DNA of 64,000 nt, taken from assembly GCA_010015805.1 (NCBI GenBank), contig ML978123.1, positions 1,426,001 to 1,490,000 of the forward strand, in the 5' to 3' direction. The translations under genes and the position numbers were made by a program. The stretch comes from Rhizodiscina lignyota (taxonomy: Eukaryota). Below the pieces are notes generated by a model that was not told the DNA's origin, ran no database searches, and saw only the letters and a program-made list of their open reading frames with translations. Below, one piece after another: positions 38,108 through 51,495 of the stretch (positions are counted from its first letter, which is position 1; the number at the start of each line of letters is the position of its first letter).

Positions 38108-39514
38108 ATGAGGCTCTTAACGCTCTGCATATCTGCAACATTGCTGTCCTGTGTCTCCGCGAAGAAATCATGCGTGATGCCAAAGTCTAAGTCTGGAGGG
38201 GATGATACTCCTGGAATTGTCAAGGCCATCTCACAGTGCGGAAACGATTCTTCATTTTGGTTTTCCGCTCACCAGACTTACAACTTGTACACTCCCCTGA
38301 ATCTTTCCAATCTGGGAAATGTCGAATTCCTGTTTGAGAGCAACATTACAATTCCGAAGAACGTCACTGAAGTCCAAGCGATCGTCAACGACACCAGCGT
38401 CTATCCTGGGCATTGGATAACCATCAAGGGATCTAATATTGTTTTCAAAGGTAGTGGTCGAGGCGGTGAGGGATGGTTTCTGGGTAAGTTCGTCCTTTCA
38501 AAACGTGTATTGCTCGACTGATACATTCCCAGCACACGGCGAAGAATGGTGGGCAACTGGGAATCAAATTGCAAGGCCACACTGGTTCAGCTTTAACGGG
38601 AAGTTAGTGAAAGCACCCATCGTGCATAGACTTTTTCTTCTGACAACTTCTGCACATCCAGCGACCTTCAGATCATGAACCTCAACATTCTCAATCCAGT
38701 GGCCTGGGTATTCTCAATCGGCGGCACAAACATTCACATGAAGAATCTCGTTCTTGATGCACGATCAACCAACGGCTTTCCTTTCAACACGGACGGAGTG
38801 GATTGCAGCGCGTCCAACGTCTTGATCGAGAACTTCGATGTTGCTAACGGTGATGATGTGATTAATGTCTCTCCTCCAGCTCAAAACGTCACGCTGCGCA
38901 ATGTTCGTGCCCAGGGATCGCACGGCATCAGCGTCTCGTGCTCCGCTGGCTCCGGCGGTAACTATCTCTTTGAAAATATTGAGATCTCCGACAGCCTCTT
39001 TGGAGCACGCTTTAAGGGAGTCCTGGGAACGACGTGTAACATCAGCGATGTTACTTGGAAGAACATGGTCATCAAGAATTCCAGCTATCCGATCCACTTC
39101 ATTGAGAACTATGTTGATCAGGAGCAACCGGTCACTGGAGATCCTTCAGTCGCGGCATATGCTAAAGATTTCACATACGAAAACATCGTGGGCACGAGCA
39201 GCAATGTTCTGGAAGATGGAAGCTGTATCAGCGATCCATGTTGGAGCTTCACAACGGGGCAGAGTCCAGAGAAAGCAATTTACCTGCTTTGCAATAATGC
39301 GGAGCACTGCAAAGACTTTCATTTCAAAGGTATTGACCTGAAAACTCCGGTACGTCTGCGCTTCGCCCCTCTCGAACAGGACTGCATAAAAGATCATAGC
39401 TAACGTGCGGTATGATAGGGTGGTAAGCCAGCCGGCGAGGAGTGTATCGGCCTGAACGGCGTTACGGGAATGGGAATTACATGCACAAATGGGACCATAA
39501 TCCCAGAAAGATGA
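38108..39514 (+). CDS. Secreted glycoside hydrolase family 28 (exo-polygalacturonase/rhamnogalacturonan-acting), multi-exon
   Basis: Signal peptide MRLLTLCISATLLSCVSA. GH28 motifs FNTDG, NGDD, GSHG and ARFK. Confidence 0.9.
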
Positions 39515-39921
39515 CAGAATGCCCACAAGGATTGCGGCACTAGATCACAGTCTGTTCGAGGATCTATTCTTCTATATCCATAAATTAAGATACTCTTAAT
39601 CCAAACTCAGGTCTACATATCGTACACGTGGCTCCGCAACATCACACACATTAGCGGCGCCTACTCTCATCAGCAAGACACTGACAATTTCTCACTCCTC
39701 GGCGCTTCAACAGAGGACCTCGTTAGTTACTTGATCTCTTAGTTCAGTCAAAGATGCTCTCTCAAATCTCAGTTCAAATTTTGATGGCCCTGAAAATTAC
39801 TTATTACCGATACCTTACTCTATTGCTGTTGATCCCTGTATCTGACTACATGCTCAATATCAAAGAACAGTACTCTCAATTTTCGCGAATATGATCATGC
39901 CACTTGCGCTCTTCCTTAATT

Positions 39922-41018
39922 TTATGCAACACGATCCGCAATATCTTTCAGCAGAGGCTTGTAGTCGCCATTGTATCCCGTCTTCTTCATCCACTCGCCA
40001 AGGCTTTTCACTCTATTCGGCAAGATCTCATCAAGCAGCTTATAATCCCTCTGGATCAGACCCTTGTTCCCTCCGCTGGCTCGGTATAGATTCATCCAGT
40101 TCGTAAAGTTCTGGCGAAACGTCATGAACGTCGTATCGTTTTCCACGGCTCCCGTTCCGCGAAGGCCAATCTTGGTGTCGGGACCATTTGGTAAGTGAGC
40201 GAACCCAAGCTCGACCCAGGCGTCGACGGGTACGTCATTGTAGTGCGCTGGCTTTCCAGTCACTGCAGTAAATGTCTCGACGAGATAGGGCCAGCTGACG
40301 TGCTCTGTTGCGACACCGAGTTCCATTGCTTTGGATTTGTCTAGATTCTGGAACATCCATAACGCGACCAACGCAAGATCTTCGAGATGGATCATCGGCA
40401 TGGCTCCGTCTTGACCCAAGGGTGCGGTAAAAATGTATGTTCCATCGTCAGTCTTCGTAGGTCTGAGCAGCTCATTGAGGCTTTCCATGTATGGGCCACT
40501 GTTCAGGATACTCCAGGCCATCGGAGACGTGCCTTGAGCTTTGATGAACTCTGAACGAAATTCCTCAGCAGGGGCCCCTTTACCAAAACCAGGGACAACA
40601 TACCTTCGACCTTGCCCTTTGCATCGTAGTGACCAACTCGAAACTTGGGGTCATAGTTGCCGAGCTTGCTGATGTATTCTAGACCTCCATACACGAAATG
40701 CTTCACATCCGACATGCGCGCAATCTCCCAGATTCGGATACCCCAATAGAGCTCCGCCTTCTCGCCAATGGCAAAGCCATTCGTGTTCACGAACGTTGCG
40801 TCAATGCCCTTAAAGGCGCGGAAGAGATCATCTTCATTGTGGGGGTCACCCTCAATCAGGGAGACGTCCGGAAGTGCAGCCAAATCTTTCGCGTGTGTAG
40901 TACTGGCATCGCGGGTGAGGATCTTGACATGAAAGTCTCCAGAATTGGAGAGCGCTTTTACAACTGCAGAACCTTGGGCCCCTGTACCGCCGATTATGAG
41001 AACTGTTTGCTTTGCCAT
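39922..41018 (-). CDS. NmrA-like NAD(P)-binding protein; 2 exons
   Basis: LIIGGTGAQGSAVV, VNTNGFAIGEKAE, GHYDAKGKVE, SGPYME and PMIHLEDL. Confidence 0.92.
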
Positions 41019-43132
41019 TTTGTTATGGTTATGTTGTTCAATTTCGTTGAATAGATTGATATGTGTTTTTGGTACTGCTGATGATTTGATCTCTGGTGTG
41101 TCTGATCCAATTTATACATTTTGATCCCTTTCTCGACCGAGGCGGCCGAGTGTAATCTACTTGCAGTTATTCTGAATTGCATGTAGTTATGCGCGAGAGA
41201 GGATGAAAGTAGTATTGTCGCGGTGATTCTATTCGTCCAAATAGCGCCGAACAGGGAGGTCGCCGATTAGTGCGCGGCCGTCTGTGAAATACTAATCACG
41301 ATTTCCGCACTAAAGTCTGGAGATCTACTAACGCTCCCAGGAATTAAAGAACATTCTGGTTAGAAAATGCATTGTAGGAGTTTAGAAAATCTCCGTTTGT
41401 GTGTGGCGGTGAATATCTTGTAATTCAGGGGGAGAGGTTTCTGCTCCATCATTCGTGATAGCTATGATGGTATGACGCATGAGCCGGATGGTTACCTAAT
41501 CGGGAAAATTGTATGTAAGCATGTACCAAGAGCCTCAATCATCGCAGTGTTTGATCACTAAGCTTACCCATCGAACTATATCATATAGAGGTACGCGAAA
41601 TGTTGGTCTCAACCAAGAATGGATCGACCACTGTGTCAAGCAATTGTAGTTCTTCCGACGGAACCGAATTCGATGCTTCAGATTCACACCGGCTGATTCG
41701 GCATGTCGTTGAAAGACCATAAGAGTAAGGAGATCGTTAATAGTCTTTGGGAAACGCGGAATCCATCGCAACAGGAAAAGTTTCACGTCAGATGGACCGG
41801 TGATTGAAGGGACTTGCACTATTTGCGGTATCAAGACTCACGATCCTCTCTGAGAGGGCGTGCTGTAAATCCGCCAGCCAGAGTGTAGATCAATGAGTTT
41901 CGTTCAACTTTCCGGACAGTCGAAAAGCAGATCTTAATCCAACTTGCAGAGTACCATCATCACAGAAGCTCCTCTTGGACCTATTTGCTATGACGAGCAG
42001 GGCGCGATCCCATTCGGTCACCAAGACTTGGCACACCCACACACCACACTGTTGAGAGTCCATCATCGTGGTAACTGGAGGTGGTATCGGAATCGCTAGA
42101 TAAATTATGGAAGTCGTTTGCGGTCGCCCGAGCCACGAAAGTCGTTATCGTTGGTCGACGGGAGAACAAGATTTGAGAAGTAGGTAAAGTCGGCTCGGGA
42201 AACTTGAGCTGCGAAGATAACGATCTATGTGCCAATTTAGATGTTGGTGAGCTGAAGAATATGAAATGAGATCATGAACTCAAAAGTCCTTGAGATAGAG
42301 CTTGGCAGAGTTTACTTAAACAATCGGACAAGAAAAGTTGAAGTGTAGGCAAGAGCAGCGTACAAATTGGAACAAATAGACACACTCGTCAAAAGAAGTC
42401 AAATACAAAATTGGGTACCTCTATTGGAAACTCGTCTCTCTTAAAGATGGACAACACCTAAAGAGGCATGTAAGAATTCATGCTATTTGGCTTGAACATG
42501 GTGCAGTTATATACCACAGAGCTGTTGGGTAGCTGTCTGTTGGTTTGCTTCAGAGCTGACTACCGCAGATATGACGAGAAATGGGCTACTGTATTGATAA
42601 GAGTATCATGAATACTCAAATTTTGCGTTTCACGATGTAATCAGGGCAGACTCACGGCGAGAAGGTGGCTGAAATTCCCTGTCTTGATGTTAGGTGCTGT
42701 TAAGGATGACATCGAGAATTCCCTTAGGTGTCTCAAGTACGAACAAGCCACGGCAAGGGAAGTGATGAAGGGTGAGATGAGAAAATGCGGTGAAAGGCAG
42801 AGTAATAAGATTTACATGTCGTTCGGGAGCCGATTTGTGGCAGACCACCACCTCCTATTGAAGATGAAATAGAATATTCAGGAAATTAAAGAACAGTATC
42901 AAGCATAATAAGAGACTCTCCTTGCCCCACCAGAAGAGGTGTAGTTGAGGTCGACCCAGAGACTCAGGACGGACGAACTTCGTCAAGTGAGAGACGATCG
43001 GCTTATATCCGGCTGATATTCGGAGCGCCCAGCCTCCGCTTGTGTAACCGCGTCTCGCGTTTTGAGCAGAGCTTGAGTTCGACCTTTGCGACAATCACAA
43101 TGCTATGACCAGGCACACCTGAATCTGCGAAA

Positions 43133-45787
43133 ATGAGGATTGACGAGAAGGACGAAGACGCCCTCAAGGCCTGGGTGGTCAAAAAGCTTGAGAATATGTA
43201 AATCCCTACTCTTCTAATCCTCAAAGCAAACCAATAAATGGCAAAATACAATAGCTAACAATTGCCACAGCTCCGATGCAGACCCCGAAGTTCTCGGAGA
43301 ATACATCGTCGTGCTTCTCAGGAATGGAAATGATTCTTCAGATGAGCAGGTCAAGCAAGATTGCTTGGAGAATCTATCGGATTTCTTGAAAGACCGTGCG
43401 TCCACTTTCACAGATTGCAGGCCAGCACAAGGACAGACACCCACTGATGTATTGTAGATACGCAGAAATTCGTTGACGATATCTTCGCCGCGATACAATC
43501 CAAATCCTTCTTAGCCTCCGAAACTTCACCCCCGAAGACTCTTACACCCACCGCTCCTTCGTTCAACCCTCCGACGGGGCCTGCTGCACGCTTTGGTCAT
43601 TCACTTGGTCCAAATGGCTTGGAGTCTCAGTCTCAACTACGTAAACGATCATGGAACAACCGCGAGGAGAGCCTGCCCACTGATGGGCGTGACGCTCACT
43701 ACAACCGCGACGACCGTAACATCAAGCAAATGCGTCGCGGAGGCAGGACGCAGGACGGCTTTGGAGGTAGCGGAGGACAGCGAGGACCCTCCCGGGGCCA
43801 GCAGAGCCCTATTGGAGGAATGCCAGGCCAAGGACAAGTCTCGATGCCTCAGACGGGGGGTTTTCCTCAAATACAGGCACAGCAACCCGCATTCCCACCA
43901 TTCGACCCGAACGAAATGGCAGCGCTAATGGCAATGACTGCTGCTCACATGGGCTTCCCCAATTTACCAGGGCAGCCCCAGTTCAGTCCAAATCAACCAA
44001 CATCTAGGTACCAGCAATACACAGGACGCCCAATGCCGCCGAAGAAGCTAGGCCAGCGATGTCGAGATTATGACAACCAGGGATTCTGTGTTCGTGGCAG
44101 CTCATGTCCATACGAACATGGCAATGACCGTATCGTCGTTCCCAGTGCGGGTGCGCCAGAAGAGTACGATCCAACGAATGCATCGCTGTCTACTGTCGCG
44201 GCTGGCCAGTCGCCAACTCGAACTTTCAATAACAGCCGTGGCCGTAGCGATCGAGGCCGCGGTGACAGGCGGCATGATCGAGGAGGGCGTGCATCTTTCT
44301 CAATGGCAGGGCCCAATTACGACCACTCGAATACCACGATCGTGGTGGAGCAGATCCCCGAAGAGAAGTTCACTGAGGAGGACGTCCGTGGCTTCTTTGG
44401 GGAGTTTGGAAAGATCCTTGAGGTTAACATGAAACCTTACAAGCGACTTGCGATTGTGAAGTATGAGGATTTCTTTGGTGCGAGAAATGCTTATCACAGC
44501 CCAAAGACCATATTCGACAACAGATTCGTCAAAGTCTATTGGTACAAACCCGAACAGCAGCATAATCTGCCTAGTGCCTCAGCCGGTGCTGCAAACGGCA
44601 CCAATCCTGCAACGAGCAAGACGTTTGAGGCACCGGAGCAAAAGGGCGATAGCGATGAGATGCAGATCGACATGGCCGAGTTCACCGCAAAGCAAGCCGA
44701 AGCACAGAAGGTGCACGAAGAGAAACTGAAGAAGCTGCAAGAGGCCGAGACTCGGAAAGAGGAACTGCTTCAGAAAGTGAAGCAACAAGCCGAGGAGAGG
44801 AAGAAGTTGATGGCAAAGCTGAAGCTGAAAGAACAGCCAGGCAAAAGCTCTACCGCATTGGCGAATGGAGCTGGACAAGAGGTGACAGAGGCAAATGGGG
44901 GTAAGAAAGGTATGTCAGTGGACGAGAAGAGTTCAACTACAGATACTCTTAAAGCCAAATTAGCAGAGCTGGAAGCGGAGGCCGAAAGCAGGGGAATGAG
45001 CTTGGACGAGCCTCTCTCGGAGTGGGGCTCCTTCAGAGGCAGAGGTCGTGGCGCAGGCTATCGCGGTCGTGGTACTTATGTGCCATTCGGAAGGGGCTTC
45101 AATTCTTATCGTGGGGCGGCCGGCTACAGAGGTAGAGGTGGCGCTCCCTACGTTGGTGGTGGCGTGATGAGGCTGGATAATCGACCGAAGCGAGTCAGTG
45201 TGAGCCTTTCTAGAAGCGGACAGGAGGAGTGGGATGAAAAGAAGGATGAAGCTTTGAGGGTGCATCTTATGGTACGTCTGTTCCGATCTCTATTATCCCC
45301 CCTCGAACCTAAACTGCTACACCGGCAGAACTGACAGAGTTTCTCAAATCAGAACAACTTCGAGATTCAGTCTGTCGAGCCCCACCCACAGCGCAAGGAT
45401 GTGCAGGTCGTCACCTTTAAGGAGCGTTACGTGGCAGAGACTTTCCTAGCGAATACCTCTGTCATCGAAGGCGTCGGTAAAGTGGACGTTGCTTGGGTTC
45501 CAAACACCACCACTGCACCTGCTCCTATCATTGCGGCACCTCCTGTTGCAAAGGCCGAGTCGACTCCCACAGTCATAGCGGGAGAAGCCAAAGAGGGGAT
45601 GAACGAGTCAAAAGACAACGTGACCGGAGACACGGAGAAGAATGAGCAGACAAAGGAGTCAAAGGAGTCAAAGGAGCCAAAGGACGCGAAGGACGTGAAA
45701 ATGAAGGACGCGAAGGACACGAAGGACGGGAAGGGGACGAACGAGGATGCCAAGGATGATGACGAGGCTTGGATGGACGTTGCATAG
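43133..45787 (+). CDS. PWI + CCCH + RRM RNA-binding protein (RBM26/27, Rmn1-like), multi-exon
   Basis: MRIDEKDEDALKAWVVKKLENI/SDADPEVLGEY (PWI), CRDYDNQGFCVRGSSCPYEH (CCCH), an RRM ending IFDNRFVKVYW, RGG tracts and LDNRPK. Confidence 0.9.
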
Positions 45788-46127
45788 TCTGCTAAGAGAA
45801 TTGAGCGATTCCTCTTCTGAAGGGAAGAATTTGGGTCTTCTACCATGATGAACGCTCTCAAAAAGCATATCTTAAGCTGTAGATACTTGCGGTAACAAAA
45901 TCACTTCTGTTAACGAACAGAATTGCGACGATTCCGCATATTTCCATTATTCGTCACTATGGTGACTCTACGGCAGTTCGACTACAAACTACCAGAGATC
46001 TCATCCTAGTGAGGCGGCCGAGGAAGTTTCTGTCAGCAGCACATATAGATCTTACCTGATCCGATGCCGCTGTCACTTAGAACTGAGTAATTTTACTCCA
46101 CGCTGAAGATGTCGCTGGGCTACTCCT

Positions 46128-48665
46128 TCATCTGCGCCTCTCCCGATCGCGCTCCCGCTCCCTCTCTCGCTCCGCATACCTGTCTCGCTCACGATAGCCA
46201 TCCCTATCTCGACGCGGTGAGCGATCCCTCTCACGTTCGCGATGGCCTTCTCTCTCGCCGTGCCTATCGCGCTCACGCTCACGCTCACGCTCCTTCTCCC
46301 TCACAATATCCCTGTCTCGTCCATGGCTCCTCACATCCCTGTCTCTGTCTCGCTCCCGCTCTCTGTCACCGTCCCGCCTGCCTCCAGTCTTGTCAGCACT
46401 CGTATTCCTCGCAGGCGGGTTCGCCACCTCGATTTCTACTTCATATTCCTCTTCCTCGACGCGGAAATACCGCTCCACCAGCTCCTTCTCCTTAATTGCG
46501 CGCACCGCATCCAGCATGAAGCGCACAGTACCTTCCTGGCCGCGCGCGCCGATCTGGCGGGTGGCGTAGACAGCAGAGGGCGAGATACCGGCCGTGGGCG
46601 AGGGCTGTGTGGCAGGAGTGTCGCGCTCGCCACGAACGCGGTCCTTGTCCTTGTCCTTGTCACGCTCGCGCGAAGGAATACCGCGGTCGTCAACGGTGGG
46701 GGAACGCGGTGTGAGACCGTTACGGCTTGCAGGAGTCTTAACGCCATTGGCGGGCTTCTTAGTCGTAGTTGGAGATGACGAATCGGCATCGGAGACGGGA
46801 GCGGAGCGCCAGTTTGTGTAGCGCGGGAGGTTCTTGGCCGTGACCTCTTGGTTGAGGGCGATCCGGACGGCGATGAATTTATCGAGGGGGAACTCATTAC
46901 CGATGATGGTGTATTGCTTGTTGTGGGTGTAGAGGTCAAGAAGATCAAGCAGTGTCTCTGCAATACACATTGATGTTAGCCGGGGGACTTATGTGAAAGA
47001 AGGAACAAGGTACACCATACCCATGATTTCGGCGCGAGTGACCACCCATCGATCATACTCGAGACCATTTTCACCGACTACTCGATCCAGAGGGAAATCA
47101 CGAAGCCGAGCAGCAAGCTCGACAGACGCAATAGCCATGCATGTAGTGGTCTGCTTCAGTGGCGCAAACGTTCGATACAAGTCGATGCAGATGTAGTACG
47201 CAGTCATACCGTCCTCTTTTTGGAATCCGCACCACTTAGCGAGCTTGACGCACATAGTATCCGGATGGCGGTTGCGGAAATCGAACCCGTTGGCCTCCAG
47301 CATCAAGCGTTCAAGGCCAATGATGACTTTGGAAGGTTGTTCGAAAACCTGGCGAGTATCAGTATGGCTAAGAAAATATCATACGATGCACAGGAGTACT
47401 CACCGGATCGTCGGGAGTGAACCACTCCTGAGCTGGATGCTTGATGTTATGGGCGGCGCAAAGGATCTCACGAGACTTCTTCAGCGTGTCTTCAATTTTG
47501 CACGCCGCAAATAGCGCGGCAGCAGCAGCATCCTAATTGCGTATATTAACGTCGAGAGCATAAATGATACACCGCATAGAGGATAACAACGTACCTGGTA
47601 CTGATACTCGGAGTCTGAATGTACCAAGCGGAACTTGTGGTAGTACACGACAGCAGTGTGAAAAGTCTTCACGGGTCTTTGAATTGTTAAATCAGCCGAG
47701 GTACTTATATTTTGTTAGAGGTGGATCTTACAACTGCAATGCCTTGCGAACTTGATCTATCCAGTTCACGCCTTGGAGTCTGACTGCTTCCTCGCGGTTC
47801 TCATTCATGTGAATGATAGCCATGCACTGCCGAATCTGTTGTTCAAAGATGTAACTCTTGGCAACTTCGATGAAAGAAGGATGTGGGCCTGGCAGGTCAT
47901 CCTTGGGAGTGAGTGGCATTGCCGGTGCCATTGTGTCGTCTTCTGGAAGATCGCCTACGGAGTACGCGTCCTCGATGGCAAGGTCTTGGATAGACGCGTT
48001 TTCGAAATCGGCGTCTTCAGTCTCGGCGTATCTGGTATGAGTCTCCTCGGTGTCAGAATATTCGCTAGCAGCGTCCTGAGTCTCAGCGTTGTCGTCCTCA
48101 GGAGAAGCCTGGACGTCAAACGGCTGATCCTCCCTCGCTTGTCGTTCGTGACCTTCTCTGGCTTCTCTGGCTTCGTTTTCCACCGCCGATCTTGGCTTCA
48201 GAGGTCTGTATCGACTATGAAAACGCAGGCTCTTACTCGATCTACCTTGTTGACGTCGAGGGGCGAAGCTCGAACCACGTTGAGGTAGTTTCAGTGGTGG
48301 ATTCTCTCTGTCACGTGGTGGTGGTGACGACCGTCCAGGCAGTGGAAGTTTCAACTTCAGCTTTGGTGGTTGGTTTTTCAACTTCCAGTTCCCATCAGCC
48401 TCTCCCTCTGCTTCTTCGTCGTCGTCGTCCTTGGGAAACCAGTACGAAAGCGATGCTGAGCTGCTGGCTCCAGAAGAGCGAGTCTTCTGTATGAAGCGTA
48501 ATTTTGTGCCAGATAGCGCGCGTTGCGGTACGTACTATTTCATGCGACTGTTCAGAGGCCCTGGATGACAACGGCGCCACGCTGCGCGATTCCGCGTCAG
48601 AAGAACGATTCGCCTGTTTGAAACGTAATCCTGGATCAAGCAGCGTGTTCTGCAAGACGTACCAT
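46128..48665 (-). CDS. CTK2: Cyclin subunit of the RNAPII CTD kinase (Ctk2/cyclin K-like), multi-exon
   Basis: GPHPSFIEVAKSYIFEQ, RLQGVNWIDQVRKALQL, TFHTAVVYYHKFRL, LEANGFDFRNRHP, IDLYRTFAPLKQ and GTVRFML. The 5' end is inferred from ATG 48665 plus two introns; an alternative start lies near 47932. Confidence 0.85.
46135..46370 (-). repeat. RE/RD dipeptide low-complexity coding tract
   Basis: RERERDRDRD...RERERERDRERRR at the cyclin C-terminus. Confidence 0.8.
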
Positions 48666-49169
48666 TTTTCACGCTGTTGTGTGGGATTGCGGTTGTTGAT
48701 TGAGGAAAGTGAAAAAAGAGAGGTGCTGTGGTTTGTTAACACCTTCATGAGCGTTTAGGGTAGGTGAACTCGAGCTCTTACCAAATCTGGTGGCCTTGGG
48801 CTTGGACCCTTCGGGGGCATGCAGGTACCGAGACGGGCCGATAGCGGCGCTCAAATCTATGCGCACCCTGCGCAAACAAATGTAATGAGACTGAATTTCA
48901 CTTATGTTAATAAACGTGTTCAAAGGGAAGAAAAAGATTTCTTGAAATATGAGAACTTGTGCATTAGAAGATTGGTGCTAATTAAGGAAACCCGTACTCT
49001 GTATTTTACGTCTCATGCCGAGTTTTTACTTAAACTTCTCAGACATTTATCGTTCAATCTTTGCATTTTACGCGTGTCAAGAGTGGCAGGTGGATGATAT
49101 TCATAATCTGGATCGCCAATGTGACCACCCTTTACATTCAATTCGAGAAGCATGTCTCAAGTATGGTTA

Positions 49170-51189
49170 CTATCTACCAAACCCGAACCAGCCCTTCTTT
49201 GCCGGCTTTTGTTCTTCCTTCCCATCAGCCTCCTTCATACCGTTTACCTCTCCCGGCGCTGGTGCTTGCACTGCTCCACCATGTCCCGGATAATCAATAT
49301 AGTTCCAGGCCACATCCAAGAAGATCGGCTTCACAGGCACCGGCTTCAGTTTCGGAGGATATGTCACCAAATTCTCCAAGTCAACTCCGGCCGCGGGATA
49401 CTCGTGCAGACGCTCTACGATCGGTGCTGCAGACGTAAGATTCTTTTGTGCTGCCAGGTTTGAGTTCACGTTCAAGTTGTGTAGCTCGACGAGGCCGCGG
49501 TATTGTGTTATTAGAGACTTTAAGCGAGTATGAAGCTGCTTCGCTGCATTCGAGGATACGTCGACTTTCAGGGGCGCATCCGCTGGAGGTTGCGGGGATT
49601 TTACAGATGCCGATACTGCGTTCGATGCAATTGTCTCCGCACGTAGTAGGAGCGCAAGAGCATTTTTGGGGTTCGATACGATTGCGTGGGAGTATGCAAT
49701 GTTCAAGCATCTGTTCAAAGTTAGAAAATGATCAAAGAATACAGATTTAAGCGAGACAAACTTCAGCGCCTGGAAGTATGCCCGCTTGCCTTCCAGTTCC
49801 TCAATGAATGCTGCATCGCGAACTGCACCTCGCAAGTCCTTCACAGAGTCCAAGCTCTGCAGGACTTCTTCGTACAGATGGACCCTCTCCCGCAATTTTG
49901 CAAGTTTGCGGCCGGTCGCCTCTTCCTTCATGGTCTGCTCCGCTGCGCCTTTCCGTCGCTTCTTTGGTCTCGGCTGTTCGCTATTGAGATCTGTGCCATC
50001 GTTCTGCCCAATCAGGACACGGTTCCTTCCCACTCTCCATGCTACGACGTCGTAGTTGACAGCCAGACTGGTGACTCGGAGATCCTGCATTCTAGGATCG
50101 CCTTCATTAACTCCTTCTTTCTCCAACTCATCAATAGCTCTCCTGGTCGCATCTGCGGCATCTTGGCTGGCAATAATTACATCGTCATATGCTGTGGCTT
50201 TTTCTCGTGGGACAGCATCCGGGTTTGAGACAAGGAAAGATGATAATCGAGTCTCTGCCGTAGTCACGGATGCCAGTGCCTGGCCAATCAAGCCATCGGC
50301 GATATTAGCTTTCCGCGAGCGCCATGTGATTGACGTTGGAATATCACCGATCGCTTTGGGTACTGCTCGTAGCATTAACGCACAGTCAAAACATATGATG
50401 GACAACATCTAACTTACTTGCTTCCGAAGTTTGGTCCTCCAACGCAGCGGGATCTACACTCTTCACCAAATGAAGCAGCGCAGTATCCTCCTGCGGAAAG
50501 TAGTCCCTCGCAATCGCCTCAATCGGCAATGTCCTTGACTTCGGGAAAGCCTGATACGATGCGAACCGTATGCTCGGGTCAATCGTACCAGACAGGACCT
50601 CTTTGTGCACCTCATTCTTGGAATGCCGCAGCAACGCTGTATATGAAACCTGTGCCATAGCAAATCTCTCCAGACATGACTTCCACCTCTCTTTCTGATC
50701 AGCTCCCTTTGGCCCAGAACCATTCGCCTGCTTTTCGAACTCCTCAGTCCCTGCTAGTGTGGAAGCGTACGCTTTAGCCTCTAATAGATCTACATCTGTG
50801 GCTTTGCTCTCCTCTCTCTTGCCCAAAGCTTCCACTAATATTTCTGCCGTCTTCACTGCTTTGTCCAATCGGCTCAAGACATGACTTCGACTCTCTCCTG
50901 TCAGTCCTTTGCCAGGATTTACTTGTGTGTGTTGGGTCTTTATGTGCATCGCATGCGCCCATGCTCGCTCTGCCATCATGACCAGTAATCGCGCAAATTC
51001 AGCATTAGAACCGATATCTGCGGCCGTAATAGCGGCTTTCGGCGCATATTTTGAGTTCTTAGGCGTGCTACGGCCCAGGCGTTTGCGGAGCGAGAGGAGC
51101 TGTCGAGACAATTGGGAACGGTAGGTGCTGTAATCGCCGAGTTGGAGGGCACGGTCGCGATTAGAAGTGATGAAGGATGTGAGATCCAT
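49170..51189 (-). CDS. SRP68: Signal recognition particle subunit SRP68; 3 exons
   Basis: MDLTSFITSNRDRALQLGDYSTYR, AERAWAHAM, IDPSIRF, YPPKLKPVPVKPIFLDVAWNYIDY and KKGWFGFGR. Confidence 0.95.
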
Positions 51190-51495
51190 GGCTGATGAAT
51201 TGCTGGACCCGTAAAGGTCCAACTGCTGGCCAGCAAACAAAGGGTGGTGGGGTCTTGTGAGGCATCTGAAAATGATATTCGGGGACAGTTTTTACCGCTC
51301 CGCGCGGCAAGTCCCGCGACCGAGGCGCATTGTTGGCGACGTCATGGTTTACTGCTGAAGATGCACGACTCGCCAGGAGCAAAGGAATGTTCTCGTCTCT
51401 ACACCTCCAAGGCATCAATTGCTTTCTGCAACACAGTACGTGTTCTCATCTCGACATCCGCCACCACCTTCAATGTCACAAATATAATACTTACA

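Noticed and set aside
41100..43100. 2-kb intergenic stretch with short ORFs
   Set aside because: No motif, repeat or RNA signature was recognised. Treated as the divergent promoter region.
45640..45760. Short direct repeats (AAAGGAGTC, AAGGACGCG)
   Set aside because: These are coding low-complexity KES/KDA repeats of the RBM26-like tail, not a CRISPR array or mobile element.
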